Translations under genes and position numbers: made by a program
Shown: positions 28,172-38,451 of the stretch, piece by piece
Layout: the number at the start of each line of letters is the position of its first letter
Position numbering within the stretch: the stretch's first letter is position 1
The notes under the pieces: model-generated
Seen by the model: only the letters and a program-made list of their open reading frames with translations
Told to the model about the DNA's origin: nothing
Databases searched by the model: none
Origin: Methanobacteriota archaeon
GTDB lineage: Archaea; Thermoplasmatota; Poseidoniia; Poseidoniales; Poseidoniaceae
Reading direction: 5' to 3'
DNA length: 64,000 nt
Assembly: GCA_018659375.1 (NCBI GenBank)
Contig: JABJMO010000009.1
Coordinates: 36,320 to 100,319 of the forward strand

Positions 28172-30418
28172 ATGAACCCGATGAAATCTAATTATGTTAG
28201 TGTAATTTTATGCACACTATTTATTTCATTAGTAATACCCAGTGCGGCTGCAAATTCATCGGGTATCAATTTTGTCGGGGTAACACTTGCAGACTCAAAT
28301 GATGCTTACACTAAATCAGTTGCTTTGGATGCCGAGCATGATTTAGTGGCCAGCTCATACGGAAAAACGCTCGAATTCCATGATATGGACACTTTAGAAA
28401 TAATAAATTCTATTGATTTTGTAAGAGAAATTTATGACATACAATTTTCACCGAATGGAGAAGACATAGCCATTAGCCTAAGGGCAGAGCAATCAATCCC
28501 TGATTCAATCCAGATTATGAATTTAGAAACCGGTGAAATAAAACCGGAAAAAGGCAGAGGTAATGATCGCTACGGCAATATTGATTGGTCGCCCAATAGT
28601 GAGAACATAATCACGCCAAATATGAACAACGGTGCAGACATATACAATACGGAAACCATGTCTATTGCTAATCAAATCTCAGGACAGCATGTTTCAGATG
28701 TAACATGTGTAAAATATTCTAAGTCTGGAAATTATATTGTAACTGGGGATGAACTTGGTCGCGTTAATATTTGGGATAGTTTAGGCGAATATCAAGAAAT
28801 CAGTTTTGAGGTCCAAGAGGAAATCATTGGTTGTGATTTTAGTCAATCTGATGCCAAATTAGCAGTCGTCACCGTAACAGGAAATCTATACACTTTTTCA
28901 TTGAGTGGTTCCCAATTACAAAGTTTAGACCTAGGAGATTCACATGAGATGAAATGGTCGTTAAATTCGGACAGAATATTCATACTAGAATCTGACAATA
29001 GTCCTGAATTAATAGTAATTGACGGCTCTACATTTGAGCAAATTTCTTCTGTGCGCCTAATGCACAAGTCTCTAGATTTTGCATTGATAGAAAACCAAGG
29101 GGTGATTATGGATTTGTTTGTGGCAACTGATTCCAACCATATTGCTGCTTATGGAACACCAACACTTCCCGAAGGATTTGGCTCGATAGGTTCGGATTTA
29201 GATGGTGATAATATTCCAGATATATTAGATGATGATGACGATGGTGATTCACATTTGGATGATTGGGATTTTAATTGCCTAAATGAGACTGTATGTAGTA
29301 GAACTCCCGACATATCTACCTTGAGATCTTACCAAATCAACCTTGTTGGTGACACCTTGGTAATTGATGACGTTTACACAATGAACACAATTGACACTTA
29401 CACATTCAGAAATTTATCAAGGCGTTCAATAATTTCTGACCAAAGAATTAGTTATGAAGAAACAAATTTGATTGAGGGTGCAATCTGCCATAATATGGAT
29501 AAGAATGACTACATCACTAAACTCCGTTCTTCTATCGAACTTTCGATTGGTCAAATAAATAATGGCTCGCTAGAGTGTCGAATTATAGAAGGGCTATCTT
29601 TTACTAAATGGGATGATAAAGGACAAATAAAATTTGCATTCAGGACCACTTTTGATATTATTCCAAATGCCTCTCTACCATTTACCATTGAGATAGTTGA
29701 TCAAATCTCAGTTATTGGCTCTTCTATAACTCATATTGTGGAAAATCATCCAGTCTACATCACACAGGTAAAGTTAGATGGGATTGTGGAGTCATCCGTT
29801 TGGTACAACTATGGAGAAAACCCCGTATTGAATTATTCAACCGCTGAAAAAAGCGATAATCAAATAGAGTCAATATTAGGCAAGATAGTGGATAATATTG
29901 CACTGATTTTGGCTGTAGTGTTGGCATGCATATTATCCACATGGTTCTTGATTAGAAGGAACAATCTCAACTCTACGATTCTTCATGAGATTGACTTTGG
30001 TGAAGATGAATCTGATGAGGAAGATGAGGATGAGGACATTGAACACCCCGAATATGTCGAAGAATTTGATGATATCCTTGACGATGTCCTTCAAACTAAC
30101 AAACCAGAACCAATAATGACTTATACAGACGATTTGGATTACGAAGAAACAAATAATATGAAAATTCAAGAAGTGAACAATCCTAAAAAACGGGCGGCGT
30201 TTAGTCTAGATGATGATTCACAATCAAATGATGATAGCAAAGTAAAACGTAGGTCAGGTAAAATAGACCGAAATAAACAGGGACCTGTTATGTCAACAAA
30301 GAGACAGCGACTGGACGGTAAACTCGATATACCGGGTGAAAAGATAATCACCAAGAAGAGGGTCGCAAAACCCAAACAACGGAAGGTTAGACGGGTAAAG
30401 TCAGATGACGAATTGTAA
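28172..30418 (+). CDS. Secreted WD40/beta-propeller protein with DxDxD Ca-binding repeat, single C-terminal-side TM and acidic/basic cytoplasmic tail
   Basis: Signal peptide; FSPNG, WSPNS, H.SDVTCVKYS...IWD repeats; DLDGDNIPDILDDDDDGD; TM IALILAVVLACILSTWFLI. Confidence 0.78.
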   Translation: MNPMKSNYVSVILCTLFISLVIPSAAANSSGINFVGVTLADSNDAYTKSVALDAEHDLVASSYGKTLEFHDMDTLEIINSIDFVREIYDIQFSPNGEDIAISLRAEQSIPDSIQIMNLETGEIKPEKGRGNDRYGNIDWSPNSENIITPNMNNGADIYNTETMSIANQISGQHVSDVTCVKYSKSGNYIVTGDELGRVNIWDSLGEYQEISFEVQEEIIGCDFSQSDAKLAVVTVTGNLYTFSLSGSQLQSLDLGDSHEMKWSLNSDRIFILESDNSPELIVIDGSTFEQISSVRLMHKSLDFALIENQGVIMDLFVATDSNHIAAYGTPTLPEGFGSIGSDLDGDNIPDILDDDDDGDSHLDDWDFNCLNETVCSRTPDISTLRSYQINLVGDTLVIDDVYTMNTIDTYTFRNLSRRSIISDQRISYEETNLIEGAICHNMDKNDYITKLRSSIELSIGQINNGSLECRIIEGLSFTKWDDKGQIKFAFRTTFDIIPNASLPFTIEIVDQISVIGSSITHIVENHPVYITQVKLDGIVESSVWYNYGENPVLNYSTAEKSDNQIESILGKIVDNIALILAVVLACILSTWFLIRRNNLNSTILHEIDFGEDESDEEDEDEDIEHPEYVEEFDDILDDVLQTNKPEPIMTYTDDLDYEETNNMKIQEVNNPKKRAAFSLDDDSQSNDDSKVKRRSGKIDRNKQGPVMSTKRQRLDGKLDIPGEKIITKKRVAKPKQRKVRRVKSDDEL

Positions 30419-30423
30419 TAGAT

Positions 30424-31251
30424 TTACCAAAGAAATTCAGCAAACTCAGTTTTCCCACATGCTTCGGTTAGAAACAAATTCAAGCCATCAATATGTTGTT
30501 GATCTAAGCGATTGAAAACTTCCCCAAAATATTTATTCAACCTCTCTCTTGTTAGACCAGACTTTTCAGCAGAAATCTGGATTATTTCATTCCGGCGAAC
30601 AACAGAATTTTCGAACATTTCTAATTGTTCTATCAATGAATTGTATGCTTTTTTTATATCAGCAACAGGAGTATCTCTTCTAGCAGCAAACACGCCAAAG
30701 ACCATTGGTTTACCAGTTATCTCACGCCACTCCAAACCTAGGTCCAAAACTATTTTTTCTGGATACAATTTAGATGCATCTAGGGCTCTATCGCCAATAA
30801 TCAAGGCACCATCGCAATTATCTAACATCGCATCTATATCTGGTCCCATTACGATATAATTTGGTTCTAAACCTTGTTGTTTAGCAATATACTTCAATAG
30901 AGCCACAGATGAAGAAGAATCAGATGGCAATGCGATTGTTTTCATCTCTGATATACTGCCATTACCAAATAAAAGAACGCTTCCAACTTCACCTTTGGAA
31001 CAAATACCTAAGTCAGGGACTAGTACTAATTCGTCTGAGTTTCTAGCATAATCTGCAGCCGGAATTGGTGCTAAAATACAGTCGCTTCTCAGTAAATGTC
31101 CAGTAAGCCAAGATGGCGGTGCGGGTAGAACATCCCACTGATTACTTAGTTTTAGAAACAAAGGATCACAATTCATGAACGCTACTCGGCCAATTGTTTT
31201 TTTCCAATTAAGGAATTTTGAGCTCGTTTCATTAGTATCCTGGCCAATCAT
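30424..31251 (-). CDS. mqnA: Chorismate dehydratase (futalosine pathway)
   Basis: IGRVAFMNCDPL, GEVGSVLL, SSSSVAL, LIIGDRAL, DLGLEW, PMVFGVF; adjacent to mqnE. Confidence 0.88.
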   Translation of the reverse strand: MIGQDTNETSSKFLNWKKTIGRVAFMNCDPLFLKLSNQWDVLPAPPSWLTGHLLRSDCILAPIPAADYARNSDELVLVPDLGICSKGEVGSVLLFGNGSISEMKTIALPSDSSSSVALLKYIAKQQGLEPNYIVMGPDIDAMLDNCDGALIIGDRALDASKLYPEKIVLDLGLEWREITGKPMVFGVFAARRDTPVADIKKAYNSLIEQLEMFENSVVRRNEIIQISAEKSGLTRERLNKYFGEVFNRLDQQHIDGLNLFLTEACGKTEFAEFLW

Positions 31252-31259
31252 ATTATCAC

Positions 31260-32498
31260 CTAATTTTGAATAACAGACAAGCGCCTAACAGGTTTTGGAG
31301 GAACAATTTCAAATTCGCTGAACTTAGTGTAGATGGTATTTCTTTTTACAGGAGAAAACCCCGCATCTTTGACTAATTTGGCAAGTTGATAACTGCCGTA
31401 ATTCAAACTTGATTTTGCTCCAGCTAAATGCATTATCGATTCTTGACGTACTGTCCCATCAATGTCGTCGGCCCCGTAGTGGAGTGCTAACTCAGCAACT
31501 TCATCTCCAATGTTCATTCGATAGGCTTTGATATGTGGTATAGAATCTAACATTAATCTGGATACTGCGATGGTACGTAAAATTTCGTTGGCAGTTGATA
31601 ACTGGGCTTGTGGCAATCTAGAAGAGTCAGGCAAAAATGGGTAGGGTACAAAGCATTGCAGCATTAATGATTCGTCGGCTAATTTACGTAATTGATCCAT
31701 GTGCTCTAGTCGATCTTCTATTTTCTCAATAGTGCCAAACAACATAGTACAATTTGATGGTATGCCTAGTAGATGTGCTTGACGATGTATTTCTAGATAT
31801 TCTTCAGAACTTTCCTTACCTTTGCAGATTATTTCACGTATTTCATCATTTAGTATTTCGGCCCCGCCACCCGGAAGGGAGTCTAATCCAGCATTTTTTA
31901 ATCTCTCGAGAGTTTCACTGAAGCTGATATTTGATTGATTTGATAAATGTTTTATTTCGACAGCTGTCAAGGCCTTTACAGAAATTTCAGGATATTTTTC
32001 TTTCGCTGCGGCGATTAAACTAACATAAAATTCAACATCCCAGTCTGGATGAAGACCGCCAACTGAATGTACCTCATCGATATGTTCAGCAAACTTGTCC
32101 ATTTCTTTGATGTACTCTTCGATGGTCAACGCATATGCATCTGATTGTTTTTTACTTCTTCTAAATGCACAAAAACGACACGCAAGAACACAGATATTGG
32201 TTTGGTTTATGTGAACGTTCGAGTTGAAAAAAACGTTTTTGTCAAACCTAGACTGTTTAACAATACTAGCAAGCATTCCAACTTCACTGAGGTTACTGTG
32301 GTTGTACAGTATTATACCGTCATCAATACTAAGTCTGTCACCGTTTGCAAGTTTATCGGCAATAGGTTCGATTATTTTCGACCATTGCATATCCTGCAGA
32401 GATATGCTAAGTTTTTCTTTCCAATTGGCTGAACTTCCAGCATTCTGTATTGATGCTGACCACTCAGTCATGACTCCTTGGTATAACCCATACTTCAA
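31260..32498 (-). CDS. mqnE: Aminofutalosine synthase, radical SAM CofH/MqnE family
   Basis: TNICVLACRFCAF (CxxxCxxC), VGGLHPD, LPGGGAEI, HIKAY, GADDIDGT; MqnE preferred over MqnC by these motifs; ATG 32471 is an alternative start. Confidence 0.8.
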   Translation of the reverse strand: MKYGLYQGVMTEWSASIQNAGSSANWKEKLSISLQDMQWSKIIEPIADKLANGDRLSIDDGIILYNHSNLSEVGMLASIVKQSRFDKNVFFNSNVHINQTNICVLACRFCAFRRSKKQSDAYALTIEEYIKEMDKFAEHIDEVHSVGGLHPDWDVEFYVSLIAAAKEKYPEISVKALTAVEIKHLSNQSNISFSETLERLKNAGLDSLPGGGAEILNDEIREIICKGKESSEEYLEIHRQAHLLGIPSNCTMLFGTIEKIEDRLEHMDQLRKLADESLMLQCFVPYPFLPDSSRLPQAQLSTANEILRTIAVSRLMLDSIPHIKAYRMNIGDEVAELALHYGADDIDGTVRQESIMHLAGAKSSLNYGSYQLAKLVKDAGFSPVKRNTIYTKFSEFEIVPPKPVRRLSVIQN

Positions 32499-32515
32499 AT
32501 ATATATGTACATCAT

Positions 32516-35407
32516 CTAAGGTATATTCTTGATAGCAAATAGTTTTGAATTGACTATGAATTTTCTAAATTCTTCAATAACTAAGACTGAAAAGGATACT
32601 GCTATAATTATCAACCAATCTGATGATGAAAGTACTTTTGTGGATAGTAAGCCACCAATTTCTATTCCAATTAGCGGAATGGAGATATTGGCTAATTGGA
32701 CAAAGAAGAGTAACAGTCCAAAAGATACCAAAAAGGCTATGTTGATCGCTTTATTTGAAAAAGCACCCAGTGAAAATATACTCTCTTCTTGAGACCGACA
32801 ATTCATTACATTAAACAGTTGAAACATTATGAATACTGAAAGAGTCATTGTTTGTGCATGAACAAATCTATCGTCAGCATAATTGGACCATTCAGCTATT
32901 GCTTCAAGGTCACCAGAATCACATGCTGCCTTATCAAATGGTAGATTATTCTCATCAGCCAGTGGTAAGCCGTTACAAGTTTCTATACCGCCTCCTGCAA
33001 GGAAAAATACTAGCAGTGTTCCGATTACCATAACTGAACCAAGGTAAAATATCAACCAAATATCACTCTTGCTGGGTAAACCTTCATTGACGGGTCTTGG
33101 AGGTCTACTCATAACATTCCCATGTTTTTTCTCTACTCCAAGAGCGACAGCAGGTGGGCCGTCCATTAGGATATTTATCACCAAAATTTGAGTTGCTGTA
33201 AGTGGTAAATTCCATCCAAATACCAGTGTTGAGATAACTATCAAGGAAACTGCTGCCACGTTAGTAGAAACTTGGTACCTCACGAAATTACGAATGTTTT
33301 GATAGATTTTTCTACCTTCTTCAACCGCATGGACTATGTTAGCAAAATTATCATCTTGCAAAACCATATCTGCAGCATCTTTGGCCACATCAGTGCCAGA
33401 TATACCCATGGCAATTCCGATATTAGCCCTTGATAATGCTGGAGCATCATTTACTCCATCTCCAGTCATAGCGACAATTTCTCCTTGGCTTTGTAAAGAA
33501 CTTACAATGCGCATTTTTTGATCTGGTGCAACACGAGAGAAAATTGTAGAATTAGCGGCTGCCTCATCCATTTCAGCATCATTAAATTTGACTATAGAAC
33601 TACCGTTAACAGCAGGTATACCACCATCGGTAATACCTAATTCCTTACCAATTGCTGTTGCAGTAAATTGTTGGTCCCCAGTAATCATTTTGACTTTAAT
33701 GCCAGCCTTTTGACAAATCGCAATAGCATCTTTTACTTCTGGCCTTGGTGGGTCCATTATACCAACTAAACCAAGGAAAATTAATCCTGATTCAATCTTC
33801 TCAACGTCATAGATATCTTCACCATCATCTAATCGACGAGCACATAATGCCAAAACTCGCATGGCTTTACCAGCCATATCTCTGTTAGCAACTTCTGCAA
33901 TATTGAAATCTAATTCTTCAATAGGGACAATTTCGTCATCTTTAATTTTCCAATCTACCAAATCGATAAACCCTCCAGCACCACCTTTGGAGAATATCCA
34001 CTTTTCACCTTCATATTCATGTATGACAGACATTCTTTTACGTTTAGTGTCAAAGAAAAATTCATGTATTCTGCTATGTCTTTGGGCAAACTTTTGGACA
34101 TCTCCGTTAATTTTCCAACCTGCTACTGCACATGCTGAGTCTGTGGGGTCGCCAAGTGCCTCCCATTGACCATCAATTTTAGATATTGTTGAATTATGGC
34201 AAAGACTCAAACAAGCTGCTGCAAGTCTAAAACCAAGATTGTTTTGATGTTGCGAAAATCCATCGTCACCAAGAGGTTTACCTTCAAACAAAACCTCACC
34301 TTTAGGCTTAAATCCCTCTCCAGTAATTTGAAAATTACCTTCAGTAGTAGAAATTTGTCTGGCCGTCATTTGGTTCTTGGTTAAAGTACCTGTTTTATCG
34401 GAACAAATTACTGTTGTTGAGCCTAGTGTTTCTACGGCCTTCATTCGACGAATTATAGCTTTATGTTGAGCCATATTCCGCATACCAAGAGCAAGAGTTA
34501 TCACTAGTATAATTGGCAGACCTTCGGGAACAATGGCAACAAATATGGCAATAGCGATAATGAACTGGTCGACTGCTGCTTCCCAAATATCTGTATCAGC
34601 GTCACCATAAGCGATGATCATTTCAATGGATACGAGTAAAAATGCGACTATTAGGGCGACGAAACCTAAAAATTTACCAAGAGATTCTAATTTTAGTTCT
34701 AGTGGAGTTTTTGGAGTTTCTGACTCGGCAATATCACTAGCAATCCTACCTAGTTGGGTATTCATCCCCGTTGCCACCACTATCCCAATAGCCCTGCCAG
34801 AAGCGACACATGTGCCCATGAATGCCATGTTTTTACGGTCTGCTAACAGAGTTGTAATATCTAGTGATGCAGGTTTTTTCTGAACTGTCAATGACTCTCC
34901 AGTTAACGCTGACTCATCTATTTTGCATTGATAAGAATCTAAAATACGTATGTCTGCGGGGACGTTCAAACCCTCATACAAATTGACGATATCCCCCGGA
35001 ACTAATTCTTTAGTGGGGATTTCAATATCAGTCTTACCTCTTACAACTACACATTGTGAAACAGACATTTTTTTCAATGAATCCATAGCTTGCTCTGCTT
35101 GACCTTCCTGCCAATAACCGAAGTATGCATTAGCAGTCAAGACCATGAAGATAAAAATAGCATCACCTGGTTCATCGGGATGTATCAATAAGGCAACTAT
35201 TGCTGCCCCAATAAGTAAATAATTTAACGGATCATTATACTGAGATAAAAATCTCTTCCAGCCGGGAACTCTGTCAGGTTCCGATAATTTATTTTCCCCG
35301 TGAATATTTCGTCTTTTGAGAACTTCTGATTCTGTTAACCCGGAACGGTCAACTTCAAATTTTTTCATGACATCATCTGTCGACATAGAATGGTGATTTT
35401 CGTCCAA
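32516..35407 (-). CDS. P-type IIA cation ATPase, PMR1/SPCA-like Ca2+ pump
   Basis: TGES, PEGL, DKTGT, MDPPR, TGDGVNDAPAL; M5 YQVSTNVAAV, M6 INILMDGPPA. Confidence 0.93.
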   Translation of the reverse strand: MDENHHSMSTDDVMKKFEVDRSGLTESEVLKRRNIHGENKLSEPDRVPGWKRFLSQYNDPLNYLLIGAAIVALLIHPDEPGDAIFIFMVLTANAYFGYWQEGQAEQAMDSLKKMSVSQCVVVRGKTDIEIPTKELVPGDIVNLYEGLNVPADIRILDSYQCKIDESALTGESLTVQKKPASLDITTLLADRKNMAFMGTCVASGRAIGIVVATGMNTQLGRIASDIAESETPKTPLELKLESLGKFLGFVALIVAFLLVSIEMIIAYGDADTDIWEAAVDQFIIAIAIFVAIVPEGLPIILVITLALGMRNMAQHKAIIRRMKAVETLGSTTVICSDKTGTLTKNQMTARQISTTEGNFQITGEGFKPKGEVLFEGKPLGDDGFSQHQNNLGFRLAAACLSLCHNSTISKIDGQWEALGDPTDSACAVAGWKINGDVQKFAQRHSRIHEFFFDTKRKRMSVIHEYEGEKWIFSKGGAGGFIDLVDWKIKDDEIVPIEELDFNIAEVANRDMAGKAMRVLALCARRLDDGEDIYDVEKIESGLIFLGLVGIMDPPRPEVKDAIAICQKAGIKVKMITGDQQFTATAIGKELGITDGGIPAVNGSSIVKFNDAEMDEAAANSTIFSRVAPDQKMRIVSSLQSQGEIVAMTGDGVNDAPALSRANIGIAMGISGTDVAKDAADMVLQDDNFANIVHAVEEGRKIYQNIRNFVRYQVSTNVAAVSLIVISTLVFGWNLPLTATQILVINILMDGPPAVALGVEKKHGNVMSRPPRPVNEGLPSKSDIWLIFYLGSVMVIGTLLVFFLAGGGIETCNGLPLADENNLPFDKAACDSGDLEAIAEWSNYADDRFVHAQTMTLSVFIMFQLFNVMNCRSQEESIFSLGAFSNKAINIAFLVSFGLLLFFVQLANISIPLIGIEIGGLLSTKVLSSSDWLIIIAVSFSVLVIEEFRKFIVNSKLFAIKNIP

Positions 35408-35516
35408 AATAAGCCCTACCGTTCTTCAACCACGATTATACAACTTATCATTATGATGGTGGTTATCCCAATAAAATAAGCGATGTTTTCAACAATTAGA
35501 AATATTTAGCCGGGCC

Positions 35517-37565
35517 ATGTCAGTGCACGGTGAGCCATACATTCCGGCGTCAGAATCGCCACTGGAATTGACGGTAAGAGTCGTTGTAGTAGGAATTCTT
35601 CTCGGCATATTAATGACTGCGGCAAATGCGTATCTAGGTTTGTACGCCGGTATGACAGTTTCAGCAAGTATTCCTGCAGCAGTTATGTCAATGATTATTC
35701 TTCGTTCGCTATTCAAAGAAGTTACTATTTTAGAAAATAACGCCGTTCAAACTATGGCAAGTGCAGGAGAGTCCTTGGCGGCTGGTATCATATTTACCGT
35801 ACCTGCATTGCTAGTGATACCAAATCTTTGGGATGAGATTCAACTACTAGAAACTACGATTATCGCGTTACTCGGTGGATTAATGGGTACTATGTTTACC
35901 ATAGCACTTAGAAGATTGTTCATCGTAGAAGAAGCGTTGCCTTATCCAGAAGGAGTGGCTTGCCGGGAAGTTCTAGTCGCGGGAGAAGAAGGAGGAGAAG
36001 GTTCCCAAGCGATTCTGTATGCGTTAGGAATAGGAGCAATATATGGTTTGGTAGTAAAAGGGTTCCAAGCCACTCACCATACTGTAGAGGTTGTGGTTGA
36101 TTTTATCGGAACAAAACTCTATGCCGGTGTGGACTTATCTGTTGCTTTACTATCTGTAGGATACATTGTTGGCATAAGAATTGCTTCATTCATATTCCTT
36201 GGTGGAATTCTAGGTTTCGGTATTTTAACACCTCTTTACGGGCTGATCAATGGATGGGGTCCAGAAGCGTCAACATTAGACCAATTCAAGAATCTTTGGG
36301 CAACTCAGATTCGTTACGCTGGAGTCGGTGCAATGGTCATTGGAGGGCTTTACACACTATGGTCAATGCGCAAGAGCATAATGAATGGTATTTCCAAAGC
36401 CATTAAGCCTTCAGCAAATAAAGATGAAGAGTTGCTGAGAACTGAAATTGACCTTCCAATGAATTTCGTATTGTCATTTTGCGGCGTCATTGTACTTGTG
36501 ACTATGCTATTTTACTGGTGGCAAACTGAATCTTTGGTATTGGCAATAGCAGGGGCTGCATTTTTAGCCGTTGCCGCATTCTTTTTTGCTGCTGTGGCTG
36601 GTTATATCGCAGGTGTTGTAGGTTCATCAAACTCCCCAGTATCGGGGATGACAATTGCCACGCTGTTATTTACTGTGGCACTTGTCTGGGTCATTGGAGA
36701 TCTCATGCTTGGTCTTTCAACTCCAACACTGATGCTGTCAACGATGCTAATCGCATCAATTGTTGCCTCGTCAGCGGCAATTGCTGGAGATGTTATGCAA
36801 GATTTGAAAACCGGTCACATGGTTGGTGCAACACCAAAGGTTCAACAAACTGCAGAAATAATTGGAGTGATAACTGGGGCTCTAGTGATTGGGCCAACTT
36901 TAAAATTATTACATGATGCATTTGGAATTACTAAGACTGCTTGTCTTAGAGAAGCTGAAGTGACCGGCAGAAGTTGTGAAAACGCCTTATTAGCACCCCA
37001 AGCAGAATTAATCGGTGACATTGTTAGAGGGGCTTTTGTCGGAGATATGAATGTCCAAATGATTCTACTTGGCGTAGTAATAGCGTGTGTCTTAATTTGG
37101 CTTAAAATGCCGGTAATGAGTGTAGCAATTGGAATATATCTTCCACTAAGCCTATCAGTTCCAATCATGCTTGGTGGAATTTTGTCATATTTTGCTTTTA
37201 GGAGTGCACATTTAAGAATTGACGGTGAACTAAGAGATAAACCATCTAAAGCAGCGATAAGTGCGGCAAAGGATGTGGAAAATAGGGGTGTGTTAATTGG
37301 TGCTGGATTTATTGCTGGTGAATCGATACTTGGAGTACTTGTGGCACTTCTTATTGTCTTAGAAATTGATCTTGCGGTTATGTTTAGTACTGGAACTTTG
37401 AACAATTCTCTATCATTAATTTTCTTCGGTTGGTTCACCTTGGTCTTCATATGGCTTGCAACACGTTCATTACCTAACCATGGCAACTTGTTAGCTGAGT
37501 TTTATACTGTGCTAAAAGATGTTTTAAAGAAAGTCGTCAACATGATGAAAATTGGAAAATCATAG
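35517..37565 (+). CDS. OPT-family oligopeptide transporter
   Basis: ELTVR, AYLGLYAGMT, ENNAVQT.ASAGES, LPYPEG, SNSPVSG, MQDLKTG, APQA. Confidence 0.93.
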   Translation: MSVHGEPYIPASESPLELTVRVVVVGILLGILMTAANAYLGLYAGMTVSASIPAAVMSMIILRSLFKEVTILENNAVQTMASAGESLAAGIIFTVPALLVIPNLWDEIQLLETTIIALLGGLMGTMFTIALRRLFIVEEALPYPEGVACREVLVAGEEGGEGSQAILYALGIGAIYGLVVKGFQATHHTVEVVVDFIGTKLYAGVDLSVALLSVGYIVGIRIASFIFLGGILGFGILTPLYGLINGWGPEASTLDQFKNLWATQIRYAGVGAMVIGGLYTLWSMRKSIMNGISKAIKPSANKDEELLRTEIDLPMNFVLSFCGVIVLVTMLFYWWQTESLVLAIAGAAFLAVAAFFFAAVAGYIAGVVGSSNSPVSGMTIATLLFTVALVWVIGDLMLGLSTPTLMLSTMLIASIVASSAAIAGDVMQDLKTGHMVGATPKVQQTAEIIGVITGALVIGPTLKLLHDAFGITKTACLREAEVTGRSCENALLAPQAELIGDIVRGAFVGDMNVQMILLGVVIACVLIWLKMPVMSVAIGIYLPLSLSVPIMLGGILSYFAFRSAHLRIDGELRDKPSKAAISAAKDVENRGVLIGAGFIAGESILGVLVALLIVLEIDLAVMFSTGTLNNSLSLIFFGWFTLVFIWLATRSLPNHGNLLAEFYTVLKDVLKKVVNMMKIGKS

Positions 37566-37623
37566 TAAATTTTCATACACAACCATCAAAGGATGTCTTG
37601 AATGACCAATAATCGGTCGTACT

Positions 37624-38451
37624 ATGTCAATGTCGTCAACAGAACTTCAAGAACTAGCTAGAAAATGCCGGGTAGAAATCGTCAAAATGGTATACCGGGC
37701 TCAAGCAGGTCATCCTGGAGGTTCACTTTCTGAAATTGATTTAATTGCGGCATTATATGCTAATTATTTGAGAGTTAAACCGGACTCCCCAGATTGGGAA
37801 GATAGAGATCGGTTTATTCTGTCAAAAGGCCATGCTTCACCAGGAATGTACGCAATATTAGCCGAGATGGGATTTATCTCAAAACAGGACCTAGAATCAT
37901 ATCGCGTACTTGGCGGGGTTTGTCAAGGTCACGTTGACATGAAATGGTGTCCAGGTGTCGATTTTTCTGCTGGTTCACTAGGCATGGGTTTGTCTTTTGG
38001 GATGGGTTGTGCAATTTCAGGTAGGCTGAAAAACAGTGAGAGGCAAATATTTGTCATGCTTGGTGACGGAGAAATCCAAGAAGGTAGTATCTGGGAAGCA
38101 GCAATGGCTGCAAAGCATCACGAATTGGGCAACCTAAAAGTAATATTAGACAGGAACAGAATTCAAAATGATGATTTTTGTGAAACTCAAATGCGAATGT
38201 TTGATATTCCGGCAAAGTGGCAAGCATTTGGTTGGTCTGTCAAAGAAATCAACGGGCATGATATGGAGGAAGTTGTTGAAGGATTGGATTTCCTAAAAAA
38301 TACCAATGATAATCCGGCAATTCTCATAGCACATACAGTCAAAGGCAAAGGTGTTTCTTACATGGAAGATAATCCTTCTTTCCACGGGGCAGCGCCAAAT
38401 GATGAACAATTTGCCATTGCTATGGCTGAACTAGGTGAGGTGGTAAATTGA
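37624..38451 (+). CDS. Transketolase, N-terminal (TPP-binding) subunit
   Basis: GHPGGSLS, DRFILSKGH, GSLGMG, GDGEIQEG, TVKGKG. Confidence 0.94.
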   Translation: MSMSSTELQELARKCRVEIVKMVYRAQAGHPGGSLSEIDLIAALYANYLRVKPDSPDWEDRDRFILSKGHASPGMYAILAEMGFISKQDLESYRVLGGVCQGHVDMKWCPGVDFSAGSLGMGLSFGMGCAISGRLKNSERQIFVMLGDGEIQEGSIWEAAMAAKHHELGNLKVILDRNRIQNDDFCETQMRMFDIPAKWQAFGWSVKEINGHDMEEVVEGLDFLKNTNDNPAILIAHTVKGKGVSYMEDNPSFHGAAPNDEQFAIAMAELGEVVN

